64,000 nucleotides of DNA from Alphaproteobacteria bacterium (GTDB lineage: Bacteria; Pseudomonadota; Alphaproteobacteria; CALMVH01). Positions 8,640-19,537 of the stretch are shown here, piece after piece. The position numbers and the translations under genes are program-made. The stretch's first letter is position 1, and every line of letters starts with the position of its first letter. The stretch is from NCBI GenBank assembly GCA_965199335.1, contig CBDAQZ010000001.1:139051-203050 (forward strand), in the 5' to 3' direction. The notes beneath the pieces were generated by a model. That model searched no databases. It was not told the DNA's origin and worked only from the letters and a program-made list of their open reading frames with translations.

Positions 8640-9115
8640 CAGTCTGTTTCTTCCGAACTGGCCTGGCCCGCGCCATCAAGGGCGGCCTTCATCGTGTGCC
8701 ATGACAAGGTAGCGCATTTGACGCGCACCGGGAACTGGCGGACACCCGCGATCACTTCCAGATAGGCCAGATCGTCGGCGCTGACATCCTTGCCGGGGGC
8801 GTCGCCGCTGGTGCACAGGGCGTGGAAGGCGTGGAACAGCGATTCGGCCTCGGGCCCTGTCTTGCCCTTCAGCAATTCGGTCATAATCGACGCCGACGCC
8901 ATCGAGATCGCGCAGCCATTGCCGGTGAAGGCGATGCCGTCGATCGTGCCAGCGTCGTCCAATTTCAATTCGACGTTGAACTCATCACCGCACAGGGGGT
9001 TACGGCCTTGCGCGTGGCGATTGGCGCCCGTTAGCTTGGCACGGTTGCGGGGATTCTTGCCGTGATCCAGGATCACGTCCTGGTACAGATCGCGCAGGTC
9101 GGTCGCCTCGATCAT
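8639..9115 (-). CDS. sufU: SUF-system NifU-family protein (SufU)
   Basis: LYQDVILDH, NPLCGD, GCAISMASAS and FPVRVKCATLSW motifs. Confidence 0.93.
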   Translation of the reverse strand: MIEATDLRDLYQDVILDHGKNPRNRAKLTGANRHAQGRNPLCGDEFNVELKLDDAGTIDGIAFTGNGCAISMASASIMTELLKGKTGPEAESLFHAFHALCTSGDAPGKDVSADDLAYLEVIAGVRQFPVRVKCATLSWHTMKAALDGAGQASSEETD

Positions 9116-10380
9116 CCGAAGATCTCGCGCACTTTTTCCAACGCCGATGCCAGTACGTCGATTTCTTCCTGGGTGTTGTACAGGCCCAGCGAGGCACGGG
9201 CGGTCGCCGCGATGCCCAAGCGGTCCATCAGCGGCTGGGCGCAGTGATGGCCGACGCGTATGGCGACGCTGGCGATGTTGTCGACGACGGTGCCGATATC
9301 GTGCGCGTGAATACCGTCCATGGTGAAGGACACCAGTCCTGCCTTGTCCTTGGCGGTGCCGTAGATCTTCAGACCCGGCACATGCGACAGCCGGGCGGTC
9401 ATGTATTTCAGCAGCCCGTCCTCGTAGTCTGCGACGGCCTGGCGCCCCAGCCCCTCGATGTAATCGATCGCGGCGGCAAGGCCCACGGCCTCGGCGATTG
9501 CGGGGGTGCCGGCTTCGAAACGGCCGGGCGGTTTCTTGAACGTGGTCTTGGCGAAGGTCACGCGCTCGATCATGTCGCCGCCGCCCTGGTAGGGCGACAT
9601 TTTCTCCAGCTGCGCATATTTGCCGTACAGCACGCCGATGCCGGTCGGGCCGTAAAGCTTGTGGCCGGAGAAGACGAAGAAATCACAGCCCAGCGCCTGC
9701 ACGTCGATCGGCATGTGCACGACCGACTGGCAGCCGTCCAGCAGCACGGGGATGTTGTGCGCGTGCGCCAGCTTGACGATCTCGCGTACCGGCATGATCG
9801 TGCCCAGCGCGTTCGACATGTGGCTGACGGCGACCAGCTTGGTGCGCGGACCGATCAGCTTCTCGAACGCCTCCATGTCAAGCATGCCGGTGTCGTCGAT
9901 CGGCGCGACCTTGATCTCGATCCCGCGCTCGGCCTTCAGCAACTGCCACGGCACGATGTTGGCGTGATGCTCCAGCTCGGTCAGCAGCACCTCGTCGCCC
10001 TTGCCCAGGAACTTGCGCCCCCAGCTGGCGGCGACCAAATTGATGGATTCGGTGGCGTTGCGCGTGAACACGATCTCGTCGGCGCTGGCGGCGTTGATGA
10101 AGCGGGCGACCTTGGCGCGCGCCTGCTCGAACAGCTCGGTCGATTTCTGCGACAGGTAGTGAACGCCGCGATGGATGTTGGCGTAGTCGTGGCTCAGCAC
10201 GTTGGTCATCGCGTCCAGCACCGCCTGCGGTTTCTGCGCCGATGCGGCGCTGTCAAGGAACACCAGCGGACGATTGTAGACCTTGCGCGACAGGATCGGG
10301 AAATCGGCGCGCACGCGTTCGACGTCGAACGAATTGTGACCCAGATGCGGGATTTTCTTGGCAGCCATGGCGGTCATCAT
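9112..10380 (-). CDS. sufS: Cysteine desulfurase SufS
   Basis: FLDSAASAQKP, ANIHRG, EHHANIVPW, SGHKLYGPTGIG and RVGHHCAQPLM; ATGA overlap with sufD stop. Confidence 0.96.
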   Translation of the reverse strand: MMTAMAAKKIPHLGHNSFDVERVRADFPILSRKVYNRPLVFLDSAASAQKPQAVLDAMTNVLSHDYANIHRGVHYLSQKSTELFEQARAKVARFINAASADEIVFTRNATESINLVAASWGRKFLGKGDEVLLTELEHHANIVPWQLLKAERGIEIKVAPIDDTGMLDMEAFEKLIGPRTKLVAVSHMSNALGTIMPVREIVKLAHAHNIPVLLDGCQSVVHMPIDVQALGCDFFVFSGHKLYGPTGIGVLYGKYAQLEKMSPYQGGGDMIERVTFAKTTFKKPPGRFEAGTPAIAEAVGLAAAIDYIEGLGRQAVADYEDGLLKYMTARLSHVPGLKIYGTAKDKAGLVSFTMDGIHAHDIGTVVDNIASVAIRVGHHCAQPLMDRLGIAATARASLGLYNTQEEIDVLASALEKVREIFG

Positions 10381-11642
10381 CCCTCTCCCTTTACACCCAG
10401 AACAGACGCCGCATGCGCCCGGAAGGCATCGCGTACCGTTTCGTTTTCGACCAGGTCGATGCTGGACCCGATGAAGGCCCCGATCAGCATCTGCCGCGCC
10501 TCGTCGTGCGGGATGCCGCGGCTGCGCAAATAGAACAGCGCATCCTCGTCCAGCCGGCCCGATGTCGCGCCATGACTGCATTTGACGTCGTCGGCATAGA
10601 TTTCAAGTTCCGGCTTGGCATTTACTTCGGCGGTGGACGACAGCATCAACGACTGGTTCAGCTGGAACCCATCGGTTTTCTGCGCGTCCTGAGCGACGAA
10701 AATCTTGCCCTGGAACACGCTGCGCGACGTACCGTCCATGACATGGCGATAGGTCTCGCGGCTGCGGCAGTTGGGATACATGTGCCGTATCTCGGTCGTG
10801 GTATCCGCGTGCGAATTACCAGATAGAACGTGCGCGCCATTCAGGCGGACCTCGCTATCGGGGCACGGCATGTCGACCCTGACCTGATGCCGCGACAATC
10901 TGCCGCCCGTGGTCAGGCTGAAGGTATCGTACAGCGACTTATGCTCGACCTGGACGGCGCTTGTCGCAAGAACGATTGCCTCCGGTCCAACTTGCTGCAG
11001 CCTGTAATGGTTCAGGGTGGCACCGTCCGAAATTTTGATCTCGCTGGCAATCGTCCCAACAAAGCTACCGGTTCCGACATGCCGCTCGATCAGGCACATC
11101 GTTGTGTTCGGATTGATCGAGACGTCCAGCTTCGCATGCCAATCGGCCTTACCGGAACTGACAAAGCAGATTTCGATCGGTGTCTCGACAGTCTTGTCGA
11201 AGGGAGAAATGATCCGCAAGCCATCGACAAACAATGCCGTATTGAGGGCACCGATCGATTGCTCTTCGAGACCGAAATTGCCGACCCAGTTCTTATTCAC
11301 GCCAGCCTGGCTATCTCCCGCCATGTCCCAGATGCCAACGTCGCTGGAAATAACCGGTGCCAGATCGGAGTGTTCGAGGCTGTAAACACCATCGATGAAA
11401 ACGGCGCGCGCAGACCCGGGCACAAGCGGATCGGGGATGGTCGCTGGACCGGATCCATCGATCGAATCCCTGGATAGCAGAGGGATGAGAACCGGCGCCA
11501 GATTGGTATATTTCCAGCTTTCGTTGCGCGGCGTCGGTAGGCCGGTTTCACGATACGTGCTGGCGGCTTTCTGGCGCAGCTCCGTCAGCCATGCCGGGCT
11601 TTCCGGCAGGTGTTCGAGCTGATCGGCGAAGGGCAGGGTCAT
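10377..11642 (-). CDS. sufD: Fe-S assembly protein SufD
   Basis: GLPT.RNESWKYT, FQGKIFV..DAQKTDG, KPELEIYADDVKCSHGAT and FYLRSRGI motifs. Confidence 0.95.
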   Translation of the reverse strand: MTLPFADQLEHLPESPAWLTELRQKAASTYRETGLPTPRNESWKYTNLAPVLIPLLSRDSIDGSGPATIPDPLVPGSARAVFIDGVYSLEHSDLAPVISSDVGIWDMAGDSQAGVNKNWVGNFGLEEQSIGALNTALFVDGLRIISPFDKTVETPIEICFVSSGKADWHAKLDVSINPNTTMCLIERHVGTGSFVGTIASEIKISDGATLNHYRLQQVGPEAIVLATSAVQVEHKSLYDTFSLTTGGRLSRHQVRVDMPCPDSEVRLNGAHVLSGNSHADTTTEIRHMYPNCRSRETYRHVMDGTSRSVFQGKIFVAQDAQKTDGFQLNQSLMLSSTAEVNAKPELEIYADDVKCSHGATSGRLDEDALFYLRSRGIPHDEARQMLIGAFIGSSIDLVENETVRDAFRAHAASVLGVKGEG

Positions 11643-12174
11643 GATCTTTTCCCTCCTTGCAGCGGCACACCCTCACCCCAGCCCTCTCCCATCAGGGAGA
11701 GGGAGCCGTTCGAATTTACCTCTCCCTCATGGGAGAGGTCGGCGCCCGCAGGGCGTCGGGTGAGGGTGTGCTGGCGATGCAGCGAAGCCTTTTGCAAATG
11801 ACGCAGCAATGTTTCCGCAGTGCCATTCATGTTCTGTAAAACGTCATTGTTCCAGAAGCGGATGACAGTCCAGCCGCGATCTTCAAGCCAGCGCGTACGA
11901 TTTATGTCGTTCTGGTTTTCACAATGCTGACCGCCATCGATCTCCACGATCAGCAAAACTTCGGCGCATGCGAAGTCGGCGACGTAGGGGCCGACCGGGT
12001 GCTGCCGGCGGAATTTCCAGCCGGTGAAAGCTTCGCCGCGGATGGTTCTCCAGAATTTGCGTTCGGCATCGGTCATGTTTGTGCGAAGTTTGCGCGCACG
12101 CTCGATGCGGGTAGAGACACCCTCACCCCAGCCCTCTCCCATGAGGGAGAGGGAGCTATTTTGCAGCTCGGTCA

Positions 12175-12178
<4 letters not shown>
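11639..12178 (-). CDS. DUF559 / Vsr-like endonuclease domain protein with repeat-encoded termini
   Basis: ARKLRTNMTDAE, KFRRQHPVGPYVADF, IVEIDGGQH and GWTVIRFWNN; peptide SLSLMGEGWGEGV occurs at both ends; ATGA overlaps with sufC stop and sufD start. Confidence 0.88.
11667..12156 (-). mobile_element. Putative DUF559 cassette (element 2) with three palindromic arms, inside the suf operon
   Basis: Arms 12117-12156 and 11718-11769 face inward around the nuclease core; extra arm 11667-11706 is a 39/40 direct repeat of 12117-12156. Mobility is inferred. Confidence 0.7.
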
Positions 12179-12930
<752 letters not shown>

Positions 12931-12950
12931 TTGTGGTTCTTTTTCAAATT

Positions 12951-13034
12951 GTCATTCCGGTGCATGGCGCCGGAATCTACGGGCAGTTCGATACGGTTAC
13001 AGGGTTTGGATTCCGGTCATTCGTCCGGAATGAC
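12951..13034. repeat. Second palindrome family (CIR/RPE-like) with two GANTC sites
   Basis: GTCATTCCGG-N9-CCGGAATC ... GATTCCGG-N8-CCGGAATGAC; terminal inverted 10-mers; GAATC 12973-12977 and GATTC 13009-13013. Confidence 0.8.
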
Positions 13035-13052
13035 TTGGCAGATTTTGCGTCA

Positions 13053-14542
<1,490 letters not shown>

Positions 14543-14546
<4 letters not shown>

Positions 14547-14998
14547 GCTTCCACTCGTTCCAGCCCGATATCCGCCGCCGAAAGGGCGGGGACGAAGGCG
14601 GGCTGTGCCATATCCGCAAGACTGACCGAAGCCAGTGCCGATTTTATGGCATCGTTGATCCTGTTCCAGTTGCCGCGGACCGAGCAATGCGCCTCGGCCT
14701 CGCAGCCGCCCTGATGGCCGTCGACGCAATCGGTCAGCGCGATCGGGCCTTCGATCGCCGCGATCACGTCGGCGACCGAGATGTCGCGAGCCGGACGGGC
14801 CAGCGAATAACCGCCGGCGATGCCGCGCTGCGATACCACGATCCCGACCCGCGCCAGCCCTTTCATCAGCTTGGCGACGGTAGGTTCCGGCACGCCGCTC
14901 TGCCGCGCCAGCACGCACGCGCTGAGGCCGCCGGGTGAGCGGGACAGCTCGCACAGCGCCACGATGGCATAATCGCTGAGTTTGGACAGGCGGATCAT
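14543..14998 (-). CDS. Rrf2-family SUF system transcriptional regulator
   Basis: [21 protein letters not shown] and [11 protein letters not shown]7-C-x5-C; first gene of the suf operon. Confidence 0.9.
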
Positions 14999-15005
14999 CG
15001 GTTCC

Positions 15006-15059
15006 GATAAAGGAGACTAAACTGGTCCTCTTTATCTAGCGCGGCGTGCCCTGTGTCAA
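15006..15059 (-). promoter_or_regulatory. suf promoter (-35 TTGACA) with overlapping palindromic operator
   Basis: Minus-strand TTGACA at 15059-15054; imperfect palindrome GATAAAGGAGAC-TAAACTG-GTCCTCTTTATC at 15006-15036. Confidence 0.6.
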
Positions 15060-15072
15060 GCGTTCCGGCTGA

Positions 15073-16392
15073 TTATTCCAGAGCTTTTTCGACGGCACGC
15101 GCCACGGCGACCAGCCTGACCTCGTTCCCCGCGGGCGCGACCAGCTGCAGCCCGACCGGCTGCGGGGCAGGAATAGGTATCGTGATTGCCGACATATTGA
15201 AAAGATTGGCAAAACTGATGTTGCGCGTCATGCTGTTTTGCCAGGCCATGACGGATTGGGCATCGGTAAACGACGATATCGGCGCTGCAAGCCCCGAAAG
15301 GGTCGGCATCACCAGGGCGTCGATATGGGCCAGGTTCGTGTTGACCTTGTTGGCAAGCGCCCTGCGATTGTCGAACAGGATCTGGATATCGCTGACATCC
15401 GCGTCCATGCCTGGGCGCAGGGCCAGCTGCGTTACCGGGTCAAGCGCGGCAAAGGATTTGTCGGTGCGGTCGCGGCCCATGAATCGCACCAGGCCGGTGC
15501 CGTTGGCAATGTCGGGAAACGGCCGGATAGCCTCGTAATCCGGTATCACGATCGGCGTCAGCACCGCGCCCTTGCGCGACAGGCGCTGCAATACGCCGGT
15601 GACGGCCTGCGTCACGACAGGGTCCAGGTTCTCGTAAAACGGCTTCTTGGCAACGCCGAGCCGCAAGGGTGTACCCGACAGATCGGGGATGGTCCCGGAA
15701 CCGAGCGCTTCCATCAGGAACACCAGGTCGGCGGTACGGGCGGTCACCAGGCTGATCGCGTCCAGTTCACGCGATAGCGGGAATATGCCTTCGCGCGACC
15801 AGTAATCCGCCCCGGGACGGAAACCGACCACATTGCACAAGGCGGCGGAAACGCGGGTCAGGCCCACGGCACCCGAACCGATGGCAAAGCTGCATAGCCC
15901 GCGGGCGACGGCGGGCGCCGATCCATTGCCGCCGGCGATGTGCGGTATGTCGTAGCGGGGATTGTCCGGCTGGGCGCGTTCCAGGTTATGCACTGTAAGC
16001 GAAAATTCCGTCGAAACCGTCTTCGCTACCGGGATCGCTCCCAGTTCGCGCAGTTTCCTGACCAACGGCCCCTGCGCCGGCGTAATATCCGCAAGCTCCA
16101 GGTTCGAGGCTATCTTGCTGGGCTGGCCGTCGACCGAGATGACATCCGAAACGGCGAACGGCATGCCGGCCAGCGGCTTCATCGCATTGCGGGCGTCGTG
16201 GGCCTCATCCTGCTTATGGGCATCGGCCAGCGCGCGGTCGCCATCGACATGGGTGAAGATTACGCTGGACTGTGTCTCGTTGGCGATCGCTTCAAGGGAG
16301 TGCGAGACGGTCTGCCGGCAGAACAGCTTGCCATAGCGCAGCCACGAGGACAGCTGGGGCAGTTCGGTCAGGCCTGGGGCGGCGCTTTCCAT
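15073..16392 (-). CDS. Amidase-signature (GatA-like) fold protein with degenerate catalytic triad
   Basis: PLAGMPFAVSD, LRELGA..VAKT..TEF, AALCNVVGFRP, P, AITIP and PVGLQLVA match the amidase scaffold; start abuts the irr stop. Confidence 0.8.
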   Translation of the reverse strand: MESAAPGLTELPQLSSWLRYGKLFCRQTVSHSLEAIANETQSSVIFTHVDGDRALADAHKQDEAHDARNAMKPLAGMPFAVSDVISVDGQPSKIASNLELADITPAQGPLVRKLRELGAIPVAKTVSTEFSLTVHNLERAQPDNPRYDIPHIAGGNGSAPAVARGLCSFAIGSGAVGLTRVSAALCNVVGFRPGADYWSREGIFPLSRELDAISLVTARTADLVFLMEALGSGTIPDLSGTPLRLGVAKKPFYENLDPVVTQAVTGVLQRLSRKGAVLTPIVIPDYEAIRPFPDIANGTGLVRFMGRDRTDKSFAALDPVTQLALRPGMDADVSDIQILFDNRRALANKVNTNLAHIDALVMPTLSGLAAPISSFTDAQSVMAWQNSMTRNISFANLFNMSAITIPIPAPQPVGLQLVAPAGNEVRLVAVARAVEKALE

Positions 16393-16796
16393 CAGCCCGT
16401 TACGCGCACGATCACGTCGACCCGGGAAACGGTCGAGCCCGCGGGCGTTTCGGGCAGGCCTTTGACCTCGATGGTATCGCCATGGATATCCTCGAGCCGT
16501 CCCGATTGTTCGTAGAAGAAATGATGGTGCGGATCGATGTTGGTATCGAAATACGAATGTCCCTGATCGATCACCACATGATGCAGCATTCCGGCATCGG
16601 TCAGGGCGTGCAGGGTGTTGTAAACCGTCGCCAGCGACAGCTTGACGCCGCAATGGGCGGCTTCCTGGTGCAGTTGCTCGGCTGTCAAATGGCGGTGGCC
16701 CTTGGCAAAAAGCAGCTGAGTCAGGCACAGGCGCTGGCGCGTGGGGCGCAGTCTGGCCTGTTTCAAATGTTCGGCGGTGGTATCCATAGTTTCCAT
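16392..16796 (-). CDS. irr: Fur-family iron response regulator Irr
   Basis: LRPTRQR, HRHLTAE, SLATVYNTL, YFDTN, HHHFF, L.DI and VDVIVRV motifs characteristic of Irr. Confidence 0.9.
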   Translation of the reverse strand: METMDTTAEHLKQARLRPTRQRLCLTQLLFAKGHRHLTAEQLHQEAAHCGVKLSLATVYNTLHALTDAGMLHHVVIDQGHSYFDTNIDPHHHFFYEQSGRLEDIHGDTIEVKGLPETPAGSTVSRVDVIVRVTG

Positions 16797-16921
16797 GATG
16801 GACGAATACTATGAAAATGATTGCTAATGAAGCGTGACGAAAAACTATTTAGCCATGGACTTGCAATCTGAAGCTTTGACAGGCCGGCTCACCATCCTGT
16901 TTCGGCGTCGGTTCGACGGCT

Positions 16922-17188
16922 TTACTCGCTTATCGCAGCGGCGGCTTGATTTGCGGGTTCGTCCGGACGCCTTAGTTCCGGCAACCTGGGAGGATATATG
17001 AGCAATTGCGCAGTGTCTTCGTTCCATATTTCGTCGGGCACTCGAACATCCCTGATTATAAAGCGCCCCCTGGCCGTATGTGCGCTTTCCTCCGAAGATC
17101 CGGCATTATCATGTGTCGAGATTCCTACTTTTCGAAGCAAGGCACCTGCCAAACGGGAAAGGGAATGCGCGTCAGGATCCGATGTCAT
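16922..17188 (-). CDS. Hypothetical protein
   Basis: 88-aa ORF co-directional with neighbours; no recognisable motif. Confidence 0.35.
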   Translation of the reverse strand: MTSDPDAHSLSRLAGALLRKVGISTHDNAGSSEESAHTARGRFIIRDVRVPDEIWNEDTAQLLIYPPRLPELRRPDEPANQAAAAISE

Positions 17189-17290
17189 TTTGGTTAAGCC
17201 GTAGTGGTCTATGAATTAGGCACGTCGATCAGTAAATCGATCCGTGGCCACTGTATCAATAGCTTCGTGGTGGCTATTCGAACGGACAAA

Positions 17291-17965
17291 CTACTGAGAC
17301 GGACATGGCTTGGCCGGTTTGTACGATTTTGGCGGTTCGTCGGGCAATAAAGGCAACTTCAGGAACTCCTTGTTCTGCGGAACTTCCTTGTAGGAGGTCA
17401 GCCGGATAGTCATGGGCGTGTATTCGCCGCACTTGTCGGTATTCTTTTCCTTGCCATCGATCAGCCAGATGACGCCGTTCTTGTCGATCTCGATCTTGCC
17501 GGTGAACAAATGCCCCGGCATCGCGGGGCCTGCCTCGACGTGATAAACGGTGAGCGAATGACCCTGGATAGTGTCCTTTCCGACTTCCGTTACGTCGACA
17601 TTGGCAAAGCTTGGCATCGGCCTGTCGGGCCTGGACAAGTGATCGCCGAACATGTGGCTGTCCTTGACGCTTTTCCCACTGTTCAGATCCGCCCACATAG
17701 TGGTCGCTATGCCCGTATAGGGGTAGCGAAAATCGTATCGGATCAGATTGTCCGAAGCATGGATCCTGGCTTCGAATTTATAGACGCTCGGCAATTTTAT
17801 ATCGACGGTGCCTTCGTAATCCACCGAGGGCGCCGGAACTTTTGTGGTATTGGGGTCGGTTGAGTTCAGATGCACTGCAACCTGTGCGATCGCATCCTTC
17901 GCCGGCGCTATGCCCAGCGCTGAAATCAAGCCGAACCATAGCGTTGTCTTGCGCGCGAGGGTCAT
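17291..17965 (-). CDS. Hypothetical exported protein
   Basis: Signal-peptide-like N terminus (RK plus hydrophobic stretch, AIA|Q); beta-rich body (EVGKDTIQG...Y). Confidence 0.7.
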   Translation of the reverse strand: MTLARKTTLWFGLISALGIAPAKDAIAQVAVHLNSTDPNTTKVPAPSVDYEGTVDIKLPSVYKFEARIHASDNLIRYDFRYPYTGIATTMWADLNSGKSVKDSHMFGDHLSRPDRPMPSFANVDVTEVGKDTIQGHSLTVYHVEAGPAMPGHLFTGKIEIDKNGVIWLIDGKEKNTDKCGEYTPMTIRLTSYKEVPQNKEFLKLPLLPDEPPKSYKPAKPCPSQ

Positions 17966-18091
17966 ACAGGCCTTCTAGAGGAAGAAATTCTCTAATGAAA
18001 GGTTAATATCATGCTTTTATGCGACTCAAGCTGAGCATGCAACAGCCTTTTCCTTCCGAAGGATATTACTGCTTGATGAAGCAAGCCAACG

Positions 18092-19489
18092 TCAATCGCC
18101 CGTCGCTATCCGGTCGACCAGCTGCTTGACGGTCGGGGTGAAGCCGTTGGCATAGAAGGGATCGTCGCGGAAACGATAGGCGTTGTGGCCCGCGAACATC
18201 AACTGGTTCTCCACGTCTTCCGAGTGGCTGATATTCTGCAGCGTCTTCTGGATGCAGAAGGAACGGGGATCGGCCTTGCGCCCCGTCGTCCCGGCCTCGT
18301 TCTCCGCCCAGTTCGAGAATTGGCACTGTGACAGGCAGCCCATGCATTCGATCTGGTCGGTCAGGATATGATTTTCGATCTCGGGTGTGACGAAGATCAG
18401 CGTGTTGTCCGGTGTGCGCAACGCCTCGGTAAAACCGGCGCCGATCCACTCGACTGCTTTATCCTTTTCATGCCGCGTCAGATAGACGGCGCGCCCGCGC
18501 GCGCCTATGGGCAGCGACGCGTCATGGTCGCCCACGGGCTCGGTCTGGTAGGTCACCTGGCGTTCCGACCGTTCCTTGAGCTCGTTCAGGAACGGGTTGC
18601 GCACGGCGGAGGAATAGAAGCCGGTCGGGCTGAACTTGTTGAGGTAGACGTCGCCCGGCTGCAGGTTGCGCAGCCGCAGCTTCCAGGCGTCCGAGATAGG
18701 GCTTTCCTGCGTCAGCAACGGACGGGTGCCGAACTGGAAGCAGATCGGGCCGAGGTCAGGATTGTCGATCCAGTCCGCCCATTCGCGTAAATACCAGACG
18801 CCGCCGGCCATGATGATCGGCACGTCGTTCAGGCCGAAGCCGCGCATGACATCGCGCAGGACCTGGACGCGGGGCATCGGCGCCTCGGGCTTGTCCGGGC
18901 TTTCGTTGTTGGACAGTCCGTTATGGCCGCCGGCCAGCCACGGATCCTCGTAGACCACGCCGCCCAGCCATTCGGGAAACTTGCTGTAGGCGCGCCGCCA
19001 TAGCGCGTTGAAGGCACGCCCGGACGAGACGATAGGGTAGTAGAAAACGCCATACTGGGCGCAGAGCTCCGCCAGCTTGTAGGGCATGCCCGCGCCGCAG
19101 GTAACGCCGTGGATCAGTCCCTTGGCTCCCTCCAGCACACCGTGCAGGATCTGTTCCGTGCCAGCCATTTCCCACAGCACGTTGACATGCATCCGGCCTT
19201 CCCCGTTGCTCCGCTCGTGCGCGATGCGGGCCTGGGCCAGGCCGCCGTCGATGGCATAACGGATCAGCTCCTCATGGCGTTCCCGACGGGTGCGGCCATG
19301 ATAGACCTGCGGTATCGGCGTACCGTCCTGATTGAAACTGTCGGCATTGACGCCGGAAAACGTGCCGACGCCGCCCGCGCCGGCCCACGCGCCGGAGCTT
19401 TCGCCGTTCGATACGGAAATGCCCTTGCCGCCCTCGACAATCGGCAACACGTCACGTCCGGATATCCGGATAGGATTCAACGCTTTCAT
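18092..19489 (-). CDS. Nitronate monooxygenase-family flavin oxidoreductase (alphaproteobacterial type)
   Basis: PIVEGGKGI, GVTCGAGMP, EDPWLAGGHNG, MAGGVW, FQFGTR, CxxCLxxC and LMFAG motifs. Confidence 0.88.
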   Translation of the reverse strand: MKALNPIRISGRDVLPIVEGGKGISVSNGESSGAWAGAGGVGTFSGVNADSFNQDGTPIPQVYHGRTRRERHEELIRYAIDGGLAQARIAHERSNGEGRMHVNVLWEMAGTEQILHGVLEGAKGLIHGVTCGAGMPYKLAELCAQYGVFYYPIVSSGRAFNALWRRAYSKFPEWLGGVVYEDPWLAGGHNGLSNNESPDKPEAPMPRVQVLRDVMRGFGLNDVPIIMAGGVWYLREWADWIDNPDLGPICFQFGTRPLLTQESPISDAWKLRLRNLQPGDVYLNKFSPTGFYSSAVRNPFLNELKERSERQVTYQTEPVGDHDASLPIGARGRAVYLTRHEKDKAVEWIGAGFTEALRTPDNTLIFVTPEIENHILTDQIECMGCLSQCQFSNWAENEAGTTGRKADPRSFCIQKTLQNISHSEDVENQLMFAGHNAYRFRDDPFYANGFTPTVKQLVDRIATGD

Positions 19490-19537
19490 TTCAGGTATCA
19501 ATATAGAGGGAAACGGTTCGCTGAAAGAGGCTTCGAG

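Noticed and set aside
10381-10389. CCCTCTCCC 9-mer at the sufD/sufS junction matching the repeat half-site
   Set aside because: No partner half-site or GGGTGAGGG; explained as the purine-rich SD of sufS.
2690-12156. Repeats as a CRISPR array or classical IS ends
   Set aside because: Not regularly spaced with unique spacers, no cas genes, no DDE/HUH transposase, and no target-site duplication visible.
16808-16830. ATGAAAATGATTGCTAAT upstream of irr as a Fur or ICE box
   Set aside because: Weak symmetry and several mismatches to either consensus; cannot be supported by eye.
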